From Dehalococcoidia bacterium (GTDB taxonomy: Bacteria > Chloroflexota > Dehalococcoidia > Lucifugimonadales > DAOUAM01), in the NCBI GenBank assembly GCA_034433305.1, contig DAOUAM010000054.1:3366-67365 (forward strand): a DNA stretch of 64,000 nucleotides. Direction: 5' to 3'. Shown piece by piece: positions 45,137 to 53,962 of the stretch. The translations under genes and the position numbers were made by a program. Below the pieces are notes generated by a model that saw only the letters and a list, made by a program, of their open reading frames with translations, had not been told where the DNA came from and did no database searches. Each line of letters opens with the position of its first letter. Position 1 is the stretch's first letter.

Positions 45137-46039
45137 TCACAGGGCGCGAGCGGGCGCCAGGTCCAGGACTTCCACCAGGCGCCGGACTTCCCTGTAGGCC
45201 GTGCCATCGGGTGGCGCCGCCGGGTGCCGGACGTAGGCCGTCTTGAATATGCCCCGCAGCCTCAGCACCTCTTTGGTCAGGTAGTAGGCGATGCCAAGGC
45301 CCTGGCCCAGCAGCTTCAGGAGCGGCTCGTACTTGTCGAAAAGCTCGGTGGCCTGGTCTTCCTGGCCACTCTGGAACAGGTCCCAGACCCGGCGAAAGAC
45401 CTCGGGGATGGCGCAACCCGGCATGGTCCCCACCGAGCCGCGTCGCAGCTCCTCAAGGAAGAAGTTGCCGCCGGCGCCGCCGAAGACAATCAGCGTATCG
45501 CCGCCAAGCTCCCTGGCCTCTGCCACCCGTGGCGCAGTGGGTGGCGTTTCCACCTTGGCGTAGCAGGCCTTCTCACTCTCCCGCGCAATCTGGACGGCCA
45601 GCGCTGGCGGGACCGGCGCCGTGGCGACGTCCTGGATAAAGATGGGGACGCTAATGGCGTCGGAGATACGGCGGTAGTACTCCCTCACCTGCCCTGAGGT
45701 CGTGGGGACGGCCGTGGGTGGCAGGACCATGACGGCGTCCGCTCCCAACTCCTCCGCACGGCGGCTGTACTGCACGGCCAGGTCCGTGCCCTGAGCACCG
45801 GTGTTCACCACTATCTTGACCCTGCCTCGGGCCTGCTCCACCACGGCTTTTACAGCCTGGTCGCGCTCGGCCTCCGACAGCTTGAAGACCTCGCTGGCCA
45901 GGGCCACGCCCAGGCCATGCACGCCGGCCTGGACGGCGTACTCCACTTCCCGCTGCAGGTCTTCCACATCAATTCGCCCTTTCTCGTCGAAGGGCATGGC
46001 CAGGATGGGGTACACCCCTTTCATAGTCCTGTCAACCAT
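45137..46039 (-). CDS. Dihydrodipicolinate synthase/N-acetylneuraminate lyase family aldolase
   Basis: GVYPILAMPFDEKGRID.., GVHGLGV and a Schiff-base Lys context (CYAKVE). Confidence 0.8.
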   Translation of the reverse strand: MVDRTMKGVYPILAMPFDEKGRIDVEDLQREVEYAVQAGVHGLGVALASEVFKLSEAERDQAVKAVVEQARGRVKIVVNTGAQGTDLAVQYSRRAEELGADAVMVLPPTAVPTTSGQVREYYRRISDAISVPIFIQDVATAPVPPALAVQIARESEKACYAKVETPPTAPRVAEARELGGDTLIVFGGAGGNFFLEELRRGSVGTMPGCAIPEVFRRVWDLFQSGQEDQATELFDKYEPLLKLLGQGLGIAYYLTKEVLRLRGIFKTAYVRHPAAPPDGTAYREVRRLVEVLDLAPARAL

Positions 46040-46165
46040 TGAATCCTCCTGCTAGTACTGGTACATACCGGATACAGCTACACCCACGGCCTGGGGCGAC
46101 GTCGCCCCGACACGGAAGGTGGCACCACTGGCACGCGGGCGGCCAGCGTTGCGCGGCGCGCAAAT

Positions 46166-46876
46166 TCAGGCCTTCCCCATATAGCCGCACACACCAGACC
46201 TGGGGGAGTTGACCACTGGCATGAGTTCGTCTAGCATGCTCTCGTGGTCGGCGGCGCAAGCATCGCAAAACAGGCCCTTGCCTTCCCAGTTACACTCAGG
46301 GCAAATCTGGGTGGCCGGCGCTCCGCAGTTGGAGCAGCGCTGGTCGGGGGGGTCGTTCCGGGCCAGAAGCCTGATCTTCTTCCCTGGGGCATCGGCGGGG
46401 CGTTCCAACTCTACCTTAAGGACAAGCTCTGTGGTCGTGCCGAAGTCGTACTCATGGTAGAACTTCATGCCAGGCTTGAGGACATTCCCGAGAGGATGGC
46501 CCAGGTCCTCCTCATCATCCTCGTCAATCCAGAAAGATGACCGCTCTGGCATGGCAGTGTACCGCTTGCCCTCGATGGTGAAGGCGCTCATGTGGCCGCA
46601 GCACTCCAGCCAGATGTCCCTGAGGAACTCGTCCAGGTCCTCCAGGGTAGCGGTCGCGGGCGCCTCGAGGTGAAGCCAGTACACCTTGGATGCCGCTCGT
46701 GGCTCCACGATCAGGTGGAAACTCGTGCTTTGCCTGGCCTTCTTACGCGGGGGCCTCAAAGGGAACCGCGCCTGACACGTCTCCAGGTGCCTGACCATCG
46801 CCCGCTTGCCGAAGCTGGCGTTGCAGAACACGCACCTGCCCTTGGTGCCCCTGGGCCTCTCTGCCTTCTCTGCCAT
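46166..46876 (-). CDS. Hypothetical zinc-ribbon protein, possibly pRiA4b ORF-3-like
   Basis: N-terminal CVFC..H..C and C-terminal CSNCG..CPEC..CDAC zinc ribbons. The central LEDLDEFLRDIWLECCGHMSAFTI..YEYDFG resembles the pRiA4b ORF-3 fold pattern. Confidence 0.35.
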   Translation of the reverse strand: MAEKAERPRGTKGRCVFCNASFGKRAMVRHLETCQARFPLRPPRKKARQSTSFHLIVEPRAASKVYWLHLEAPATATLEDLDEFLRDIWLECCGHMSAFTIEGKRYTAMPERSSFWIDEDDEEDLGHPLGNVLKPGMKFYHEYDFGTTTELVLKVELERPADAPGKKIRLLARNDPPDQRCSNCGAPATQICPECNWEGKGLFCDACAADHESMLDELMPVVNSPRSGVCGYMGKA

Positions 46877-46924
46877 GGTGAAGACTCCCTGGACTGTCGC
46901 ACCCGGTGGACCTAGCCGGCACGG

Positions 46925-47674
46925 CTAGTAAGTTGCCCGGCCTCCACTGATATCAAAGACCGCGCCGGTGCTGAAGGAGCACTCGGCGGAGCACAGCCAC
47001 GCCACCAGCGCGGCAATTTCGTCTATCTCGCCCGTGCGGCCCATGGGTATGCGCTCCACCATGTACCTGACCTGGTCCGGCGTGAACTCGTCCAGTATCC
47101 TGGTCTGGACTACGGCGGGCGTGACGCAGTTGACCCTTATGCCTGTACGGGCCAGCTCCTTGCCCACGGACTTGGTAAGGGCAATCACGGCACCCTTGGT
47201 GGCCGAGTACGGGACCATGCGCGGGTTCCCCTCTTTGCCGGCGATGGAGGCGATGTTGACTATGCGCCCATAGTCGCGCTGGAGCATGTAGGGGACGACC
47301 TTGTTGCAGAAGATGAAGACGCCGCGCAGGTTGGTCCGATAGACGCGGTCCATCTCTTCGACGGGCAGCTCCCAGATGTTGCCGTTCTTGCCGCCAATGC
47401 CCGCGTTATTGACCAGGATATCTATGCGGCCCCAGGTATCCATCGCCCGCCGCGCGGCCCGCTCCGCCGTTGCCGCCTCGGCCACGTCGCCGACCTCCAG
47501 CAGGGCGTCCACGCCCCTGGCCCTGAGTTCGCTGGCGGACTGTTCGCCCAGGCGAGGGTCCAGGTCCACTATGACCACCCGCGCGCCTTCGCTGCCCAGC
47601 CGCCTGGCGATACCGTAGCCGATGCCCGTGGCGGCCCCTGTGACAATGGCTACCTGTCCATCGAAACGTGCCAT
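46925..47674 (-). CDS. SDR family oxidoreductase (FabG-like)
   Basis: VAIVTGAATGIGYG, NNAG, and YSATKGAV catalytic motifs. Confidence 0.9.
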   Translation of the reverse strand: MARFDGQVAIVTGAATGIGYGIARRLGSEGARVVIVDLDPRLGEQSASELRARGVDALLEVGDVAEAATAERAARRAMDTWGRIDILVNNAGIGGKNGNIWELPVEEMDRVYRTNLRGVFIFCNKVVPYMLQRDYGRIVNIASIAGKEGNPRMVPYSATKGAVIALTKSVGKELARTGIRVNCVTPAVVQTRILDEFTPDQVRYMVERIPMGRTGEIDEIAALVAWLCSAECSFSTGAVFDISGGRATY

Positions 47675-47871
47675 GTGTTCTCCTCAAGCTTGTGGCGACC
47701 TGCTGCCGAAGTCGGAGGCGCTGCCAGCACCTGGATAGCCACCGTGCAGCTTCCGACCTGGCCCACCAGCCAACATACTGGTCGGCTGTATTATAGACTG
47801 TCAGCGTTGCTGGTCAAGGACAGTGGTATAATCGGGCCACATGGAGAGGATTCCCATCCAAGGAGGCCGCC

Positions 47872-49026
47872 GTGAAGTTTGGCTTCTTCATGATGCCGTC
47901 GCACTCACACCGCGATAATCCCACCCTGGCCTTTGAGCGAGACTTACAGCTCATCGAGTACGCCGAGGGCCTGGGCTTCGACGAGTTCTGGGTCGGAGAG
48001 CACCATTCCGGCGGCTGGGAGACCATCCCAGCACCTGACATCTTCCTGGCGGCCGCCGCCACCCGCACCAGGAGGATTCGCCTGGGCACGGCAGTCATAA
48101 ACCTGCCATACCATCACCCCTTCCACGTGGCCGAGCGCATGGCCTTTCTGGACCACCTGGCCTACGGGCGCATCATGCTGGGCTGCGGGCCGGGCGTGCT
48201 TTCGCCTGACATCAAGCTCTTCGGCCTGGACCCAACAGAGCTGCGGCCCATGATGAACGAGTCCCTGGAAATCATCCTGAAGCTCTACCGTGAGGACGGG
48301 CCTGTCAGCTACGAGGGCAAGTACTGGCAGATAAGGGATATGGAGATTCAGGTGAAGCCCTACCAGCAGCCCCATCTGCCCGTGTTCCTGGTCAGCTCGG
48401 GCAGCGGCAACAGCGTCCGGGAAGCAGCAAGGCACGGCTTGCCGGTCATATCGGGCGTCTTCACCCTGCCCACCGCCCTTGGCCTGCGCCAGCAGTGGGA
48501 CCTCTACGAGCAGGAGGCCAGGACGCGAGGCCACAGCGTGAGCCGCGACGAGTGGCGGCTGTCCACCAACATCTACCTGGCCGACTCCACGGAGGAGGCT
48601 ATACGCGACATAGCCTCCGGCGCCATGGCCGAGATGCGCCAGTACTTCTTCAACAACGGCGGCAAGCCCACCTATGAGGCCTACCCCGGCCAGCCCGCCG
48701 ATGAGATAACCATCGAGCAGGTGATAGCCCAGCGCCGCTGGATTATCGGCGACCCGGACTACTGCATCAGGCGGATAAGGGAACTGCAGGAGGAGACAGG
48801 CGGCTTCGGCGCCCTGCTCATGGTGGCAGTGGAGTGGACCTCCACGGAGAAGTGGCGCCGCTCCCTGGAGCTATTCGCCCGGTACGTGATGCCCCAGTTC
48901 AGGGGCACGCTGCGCGGCATCCAGCGTGCCTGGGAGCGCATGGTGGAGGACAACCGCGCCGGCCGGCTGCCCAACGCCCGCTCCGGCGTCGTACGGGTGG
49001 ATGGCGGCCAGCAGCGGACGGGGTAG
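47872..49026 (+). CDS. LLM-class (luciferase-like) flavin-dependent oxidoreductase
   Basis: FDEFWVGEHHS.. and RIRLGTAVINLPYHHP motifs. GTG start preceded by AGGAGG. Confidence 0.85.
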   Translation: MKFGFFMMPSHSHRDNPTLAFERDLQLIEYAEGLGFDEFWVGEHHSGGWETIPAPDIFLAAAATRTRRIRLGTAVINLPYHHPFHVAERMAFLDHLAYGRIMLGCGPGVLSPDIKLFGLDPTELRPMMNESLEIILKLYREDGPVSYEGKYWQIRDMEIQVKPYQQPHLPVFLVSSGSGNSVREAARHGLPVISGVFTLPTALGLRQQWDLYEQEARTRGHSVSRDEWRLSTNIYLADSTEEAIRDIASGAMAEMRQYFFNNGGKPTYEAYPGQPADEITIEQVIAQRRWIIGDPDYCIRRIRELQEETGGFGALLMVAVEWTSTEKWRRSLELFARYVMPQFRGTLRGIQRAWERMVEDNRAGRLPNARSGVVRVDGGQQRTG

Positions 49027-49084
49027 GACTACCAGGCGGGATGCCCACCAGGCTGCCACTGGCACCATGATCTCTGGAGCCCGC

Positions 49085-50686
49085 CTACTGCGCCGAGGAA
49101 GAAGCCTGGCTTACCAGAAAGGGGACTTCATAGATTATATCCCCGTTCTGCGCCTCCACCTTGAAGGTGTAGTCTCCAGGGGTTACGGTGCTGTCAATAG
49201 TGACCACCAGCAACGAATTGGAGACCAGCGTGGCGGGCAGGTGGACCCCCTCGATGGTGCCCTGCACCGGCCTGAGGAAGACCACGGAGACCCGGTCCAG
49301 GTTCGAGCCTATCACCCGTACCTGCTGGCCAACGCTAGTCGAGGTCGGGGTGACGTCCACGACCTCAGGCACAGGTCCGGGCCGGGTGAGAACATAGGTG
49401 GTGACCGCCGCCGCGGCACCCACCACGCCCAGGGCGACGATAATCAGGAGCAACGCCGGCGACCGGGGGAAAGAGGCCTGCCGCGCCACCGGCGCTGGAG
49501 GGGCAGCACTCTGGGATGCTGGAGTCACACTCTGGGTCAAGCGGAGCATCTCGTCGGCCCTTTTGATCTCGCGCTCGTAGCGATTGGCTATGTCGGCATT
49601 CTCGCGTTTAAGGGCCTCGACTTCCCGCTGGTACCTCTCGTTCTGGGCGCGCAGCTCCTGGACCTCGGCGGCCTGCCTGGCTCGCTCCTGCTCCTCCTGC
49701 CTCAGCTTTTCGTTGCTGGCCTCGATGGCCCTGTTGATTTCATCCACCAGCTTGTTCCAGCCGTCCACCTGCTCCCTTTTCCATTTTCGCGTCACTACCC
49801 GCAGAATATCGGCGAAGGCCGTGATGAGCGCATAGGAAAAATGGGAGGCAGGTGCGTGGAGGAAGGGGATCTTCTGGGTCTTGTATGCCTTGAGGGCCTC
49901 CACATCCAGGGGTACGGGATGAGTGTCCTCATAGCGCACCGGGAACTCTTTGGTAAGCTCCAGCCGGAACCCCGCTTCCATCTTGCTCAGGTCCAGATGG
50001 TTGGAACCCTGGCCGGTCTCGGTTGCCTTGTTGACGATAATGGCCCGTAGCAGCGGCTTCCTCTGGAGTTCGTTGGCCGCGGCGCTGACACGCTGGACCA
50101 GGTTCCTGTCCTGGTAGAACGAGGTGTAGTCGGCCTCGGTGACGACAATGAAGCTATCGGCCAGGGCGCAGACGTCGGTGCTCTCGAAGTTGAACCCTCC
50201 CCGCGTGTCCACCAGCACGTAGTCAAAGGTGGCCTGCGACCTCAACGTGTCGAAGAGGGCCTGGACGGCCTGGCGGAAGGTGGCACGGTCGAGAGGCGGC
50301 ACGGGTGGCCTCACGCCGTCCTCCGGCAGGTCTCCATAAAGCTCCTTACTGCTGATGAGGGCCTCGTAGATTACTCCGTGGTCCGCCGTCCCGCTGCGGT
50401 TGATGGGTTGGGGGCTGAAGGCGAGGTTGCCGCCTGCCAGGAAGCCCCTCAAGACGCCGCTGAAGGTGCTCTCCTGAGGGAGTTCGTTTATGTGCCTCAT
50501 TCCCTGAGGGCCGAGGAGGAACAGGGACAGGCCATCGGTGGCGGTGTCGGCATCAATCATCAGCACGCGGTGGCCGGTGCGGGTGAGGGCATAGCCCAGG
50601 CTGGCGGCTATCACCGTCTTGCCAGTCCCGCCCTTGCCGCTGCTGAACGCGATGATCTCGAGGTGCCCTGACTCCTGAATTGCCAT
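49085..50686 (-). CDS. Membrane-anchored ParA/MinD-like P-loop ATPase with coiled coil, TM helix and IPT/TIG-like C-terminal domain
   Basis: Deviant Walker A SSGKGGTGKT and DADTATDG. A long heptad-rich segment (EKLRQEEQERARQAAEVQELRAQNERYQREVEALKRENADI). TM helix LLLIIVALGVVGAAAAVTTYVL. The C-terminal beta-rich segment VTPTSTSVGQQVRVIGSNL..GDYTFKV. Confidence 0.7.
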   Translation of the reverse strand: MAIQESGHLEIIAFSSGKGGTGKTVIAASLGYALTRTGHRVLMIDADTATDGLSLFLLGPQGMRHINELPQESTFSGVLRGFLAGGNLAFSPQPINRSGTADHGVIYEALISSKELYGDLPEDGVRPPVPPLDRATFRQAVQALFDTLRSQATFDYVLVDTRGGFNFESTDVCALADSFIVVTEADYTSFYQDRNLVQRVSAAANELQRKPLLRAIIVNKATETGQGSNHLDLSKMEAGFRLELTKEFPVRYEDTHPVPLDVEALKAYKTQKIPFLHAPASHFSYALITAFADILRVVTRKWKREQVDGWNKLVDEINRAIEASNEKLRQEEQERARQAAEVQELRAQNERYQREVEALKRENADIANRYEREIKRADEMLRLTQSVTPASQSAAPPAPVARQASFPRSPALLLIIVALGVVGAAAAVTTYVLTRPGPVPEVVDVTPTSTSVGQQVRVIGSNLDRVSVVFLRPVQGTIEGVHLPATLVSNSLLVVTIDSTVTPGDYTFKVEAQNGDIIYEVPFLVSQASSSAQ

Positions 50687-50711
50687 GGGCTAGGGGGCGC
50701 TCCTTGACCCC

Positions 50712-50921
50712 TCACATATGCGTGATTACTGAGACTCGTGGGAAACCCGGCGGGCGGTCTGGCGTCCTGATGTCAGGGTCGTTGGCCGTGTACTTTCCCT
50801 CCTCAGGTGCCGTGGAGATGCGGCCCAGGCTGCCATAGCCAGGCCCGCTCACTCGGCCTCCCGCCAGCCCAGAGTAGTCGGTAGGTGGGGGCACAGGCCC
50901 GGACCCTGGGAACTGGTTCAT
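50712..50921 (-). CDS. Small Pro/Gly-rich ORF, apparently translationally coupled (ATGA overlap) to the upstream gene
   Basis: 69 aa. Its ATG overlaps the stop of the 50918-51250 ORF. It ends 25 nt before the ParA-like start. No recognisable domain. Confidence 0.35.
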   Translation of the reverse strand: MNQFPGSGPVPPPTDYSGLAGGRVSGPGYGSLGRISTAPEEGKYTANDPDIRTPDRPPGFPRVSVITHM

Positions 50922-51587
50922 TGCTGACCACCCTTGGGGCTGACCTTCTCCATAAACCTCGCTCTAAGCTCACTGTCCTTGATGTTGAGTTGGCGGTGCA
51001 GGGCCACAGCGTTCACACAGGCGTCCGGCCCGGGGTAAAACGGGTCCACGTGGGTTGTCCACAGCAACTGGAACTGGCGGGCGGCGTCCAGGAACGCCTC
51101 CCGCGACTCAAGGTATGCCTGGGCGCGCTCCTGGGAGTTGCTGAAGTTCTCCAGGTTGGCCAGGATGGCGAGAATAGCCGCACCCACGGCGGCGATGAGA
51201 GAGATTCTCCAGGAGGCCCATCCAGAAGCTCCTCGTCGGCTCCACCGCATTGACGTAGGCGGCCAGGAGGTTCAGGATGGCGACAACGCCCGTGCTGATT
51301 ATTATGGTCCAGCGCCATCTCCTGTGGGACCTGGTGTACTCCTTATACCGCTCCACGCACAGGTTGGAGGAATTGTAGAACTCCATCAAGATGTTGGTAT
51401 AGGTCTCGTGGACCCGGCTTATAAACTCTTTGCGTTGCTCCTCGGTCCGATTAGGCTCAGCCCAGGCTTCTCTGCGGGCCTCGACCAGGGCACCATCGAG
51501 GAGCGGCTCAGGCCGTTCCGGGGCAGTCGCCGGCCCTGGGGCCACAGGCCCGACTGGCCCAACGCGGTGTCCTCTGTCATCGTCCAT
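50918..51587 (-). pseudogene. Two-TM SLATT-like protein split by an apparent +1/-1 frameshift near 51205-51245
   Basis: ORF 51108-51587 carries TM1 (WRWTIIISTGVVAILNLLAAYV). ORF 50918-51250 carries TM2 (WRISLIAAVGAAILAILANL) plus a C-terminal helix. The two frames overlap by 143 nt. Confidence 0.35.
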
Positions 51588-51714
51588 CCTGAGCTCCTAA
51601 TGCCCCAGGGACGCTAGGACTACGCTGGCCGCTCCTCTCTACATTCAGCCCGCCAACATGAGGGACTGCCCATCCAGGCCGCCAGGAACGCAGCTTTGCC
51701 CTTCCTGGATGGAC

Positions 51715-51743
51715 TAGTTACTCCGACATAATTCTTATGTCAA
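51715..51743 (-). promoter_or_regulatory. Sigma-70-like promoter (TTGACA, 17 nt, TAACTA) overlapped by a 7-bp palindrome
   Basis: Minus-strand TTGACA at 51743-51738 and TAACTA at 51720-51715. The palindrome GACATAA-nnn-TTATGTC at 51725-51741 spans the -35/spacer. Confidence 0.4.
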
Positions 51744-51875
51744 GTGCCACTGCAACCCTCTTATTCGTCCGTCGCCTGGCATCGTGCGCCGGCCGACCCG
51801 CCGCCATGACTGGCCCATTTCCCCCGCGCAGTCAGACAGCGCGGCCAGCAAATCGCTCGGGAGGAGGGGTAGTGG

Positions 51876-52211
51876 CTACTTTTTCTTCCAGTCCCTGGCC
51901 CAGTTGGCGTCGGTGGGCCAGATGTTGTGGGCGCCCCGGCCCGCCCCCTTGGGGCCTTCGACGCGCCAGTCCTTCGTGGCATCACGCCACTTGATGAAGT
52001 GGGGCTGCTTCAGGTGTTCCTGGAAGGCGGCCTCGTCCCTGTACACCTCGTACAGCCAGATGCGATTGGGGTCCTCCCCGTCCTGGACGACGTCGAAGCG
52101 CAGGCAGCCTGGCTCGTTCTTCACCGACCCCTCGGCATCGGCGATCATTTCCTTGATGAACTGCTCCTTGAAGCCCGGCTTTATCTGGATAGGCGCCACG
52201 ATAACGTACAT
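51876..52211 (-). CDS. Antibiotic biosynthesis monooxygenase (ABM) domain protein
   Basis: 111 aa with a ferredoxin-like ABM pattern (EPGCLRFDVVQD..IWLYEVYRDEAAFQEHLKQPHF). Confidence 0.8.
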   Translation of the reverse strand: MYVIVAPIQIKPGFKEQFIKEMIADAEGSVKNEPGCLRFDVVQDGEDPNRIWLYEVYRDEAAFQEHLKQPHFIKWRDATKDWRVEGPKGAGRGAHNIWPTDANWARDWKKK

Positions 52212-52285
52212 TGCTCCTCCTCACTTGTAAAGTGCAGCGCGGCCCTGGTATGACCTGCCGCTCCTGGACCTGAGGGCGCCGGCCC

Positions 52286-53491
52286 TCATGAGTCCTGGTG
52301 CTCGGCCAGCGTGCGGCTGGCGGCGGCGACGCCGGCCCCGCGAGGCACCTCGTAGCCGCACCGAGGCAGGACTTCCTCCAGCGCGGCCAGCAGCGCCAGG
52401 ACGAACTCCCCCTTGCTGGACTCGCCCATCAGGCCGATGCGCCAGACCTTGCCGGCAAGCTCGCCCAGGCCGCGGCCAATCTCGATGCTGTACTGGCGCA
52501 GCAGGGCCTGCCGTACCCTGGCCTCGTCGGTGCCATCCGGTACCCAGACCAGGGTTATCTGGTCCAGGGCGTACTCCTCGGGCACCACGGGCCTCAGGCC
52601 CAGGGCCTGGAGGCCAGCGCGCAGCGCCGAGGCGTTGCGGCGGTGCCGCTGGAAGCGTCGCTCCAGCCCCTCCTCCAGCACCATGCGCAGTGCCTCCCTC
52701 AGCGCCAGCAGCATGCTCACCGGCGCGGTGTGGTGGTAAACGCGCTCGCTGCCCCAGTACTTCATCAGCAGGCCCAGGTCCAGGTACCACGAGACGGGCC
52801 TGGTCTTGCGAGTAGCCACGACGTCCCGCGCCCTGGGGCTAAGCGCCACCGGCGCCAGCCCGGGAGGGCAGCCCAGGCACTTCTGGGTGGCCGAGTAGGC
52901 ATAGTCAATGCCCCAGCGGTCCACCGCCACGTCGCTGCCGCCCAGCGAGGTCACGGCGTCCACTACCAAAAGCGCTCCGTGCTCGCTGGCGAGCCTGGAG
53001 ATGTCCTCCAGAGGCTGCCTGACGCCCGTGGAGGTCTCGGCATGCACCGCCATCACCAGCTTCACCCGCGAGTGCTTCTGTAGCTCGGCCTCCAGGACAT
53101 CGGGCGGGAACGGCCGGCCCCACTGGGCGCGGAGCGGCACAACCCTGGCGCCCACGCGGCCAGCCATGTCCACCATACGCTCGCCGAAGTAGCCGCATAC
53201 GCACATGACCGCCACATCGCCAGGCTCCAGGAGGCTGGTCAGGCCCGCCTCCATGCCTGCGGAGCCGGTGCCCGGCACAGCCAGGGTTATCCCTTCGCTG
53301 GTCTGATAGACCTCCCTGAGTAGCGCGGAGATTTCGTCAAGAATGAGGACGAAGTCTGGGTCGAGGTAGCCCAGCATGGGGGCCATCATGGCCTGGAGCA
53401 CCCTGGGACTCACATTGCTTGGCCCTGGGCCAAGGAGAATCCGAGGTGGCACGACAGGCACCCTGGAAGCGGGCAACCGCGCAGGGGTCAT
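52286..53491 (-). CDS. Class V aminotransferase (serine-pyruvate/alanine-glyoxylate aminotransferase-like)
   Basis: LLGPGPSNVSPRVLQAM.., ETSTGV, and a SATQKCLGCPPG PLP-lysine motif. Confidence 0.85.
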   Translation of the reverse strand: MTPARLPASRVPVVPPRILLGPGPSNVSPRVLQAMMAPMLGYLDPDFVLILDEISALLREVYQTSEGITLAVPGTGSAGMEAGLTSLLEPGDVAVMCVCGYFGERMVDMAGRVGARVVPLRAQWGRPFPPDVLEAELQKHSRVKLVMAVHAETSTGVRQPLEDISRLASEHGALLVVDAVTSLGGSDVAVDRWGIDYAYSATQKCLGCPPGLAPVALSPRARDVVATRKTRPVSWYLDLGLLMKYWGSERVYHHTAPVSMLLALREALRMVLEEGLERRFQRHRRNASALRAGLQALGLRPVVPEEYALDQITLVWVPDGTDEARVRQALLRQYSIEIGRGLGELAGKVWRIGLMGESSKGEFVLALLAALEEVLPRCGYEVPRGAGVAAASRTLAEHQDS

Positions 53492-53533
53492 GAGTCCCTC
53501 CTTTGGGGCGGCAAAGGCTTTCGCCCGGAGGCG

Positions 53534-53935
53534 CTAGCGGATGGCCGCGACGCCTGCCTGGGCAGCCAGCTCGTCCTGGTCGGCGGTGCCGCCGCTTCCG
53601 CCTATGGCGCCGACGCACACACCGTTGCGGACTATGGGCACGGCGCCGGTGCCGGGTATGAGGTCGCCGCCCTCCATCATGACCAGGGAGCGCATTACGG
53701 GCGTATCCGCCCGCGCCTGAAGGTCGCGGCTGGGCACGCCGAACGCCGCCGACGCCCTGGCCTTGCCCCGAGAGACCGGCGCGGTGCGCCATGGGGCGCC
53801 ATCCATTCGCACCATGCAGACCAGGTCACCCCGGGCGTCCACCACCGAAAGGCTCAGTGCCACGCCCATCTCGACAGCCTTCGCCTCCGCCGCTTCCAGC
53901 GCCTTCCTGGCTTCAGCCAACGTCAGCCCTGCCAT
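53534..53935 (-). CDS. GlcG/HbpS-like heme-binding (DUF336) protein
   Basis: VVDARGDLVCMVRMDGA.., S..KA.. and GAIGGSGGT motifs. Confidence 0.8.
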   Translation of the reverse strand: MAGLTLAEARKALEAAEAKAVEMGVALSLSVVDARGDLVCMVRMDGAPWRTAPVSRGKARASAAFGVPSRDLQARADTPVMRSLVMMEGGDLIPGTGAVPIVRNGVCVGAIGGSGGTADQDELAAQAGVAAIR

Positions 53936-53962
53936 AGCTTCCCTCCTTGACGCGAGACTCTC

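Noticed and set aside
46166-46876. Mobile-element call based on the pRiA4b ORF-3-like protein
   Set aside because: There is no transposase, integrase, inverted repeat or att-like site nearby. Domain similarity alone is too weak to call a mobile element.
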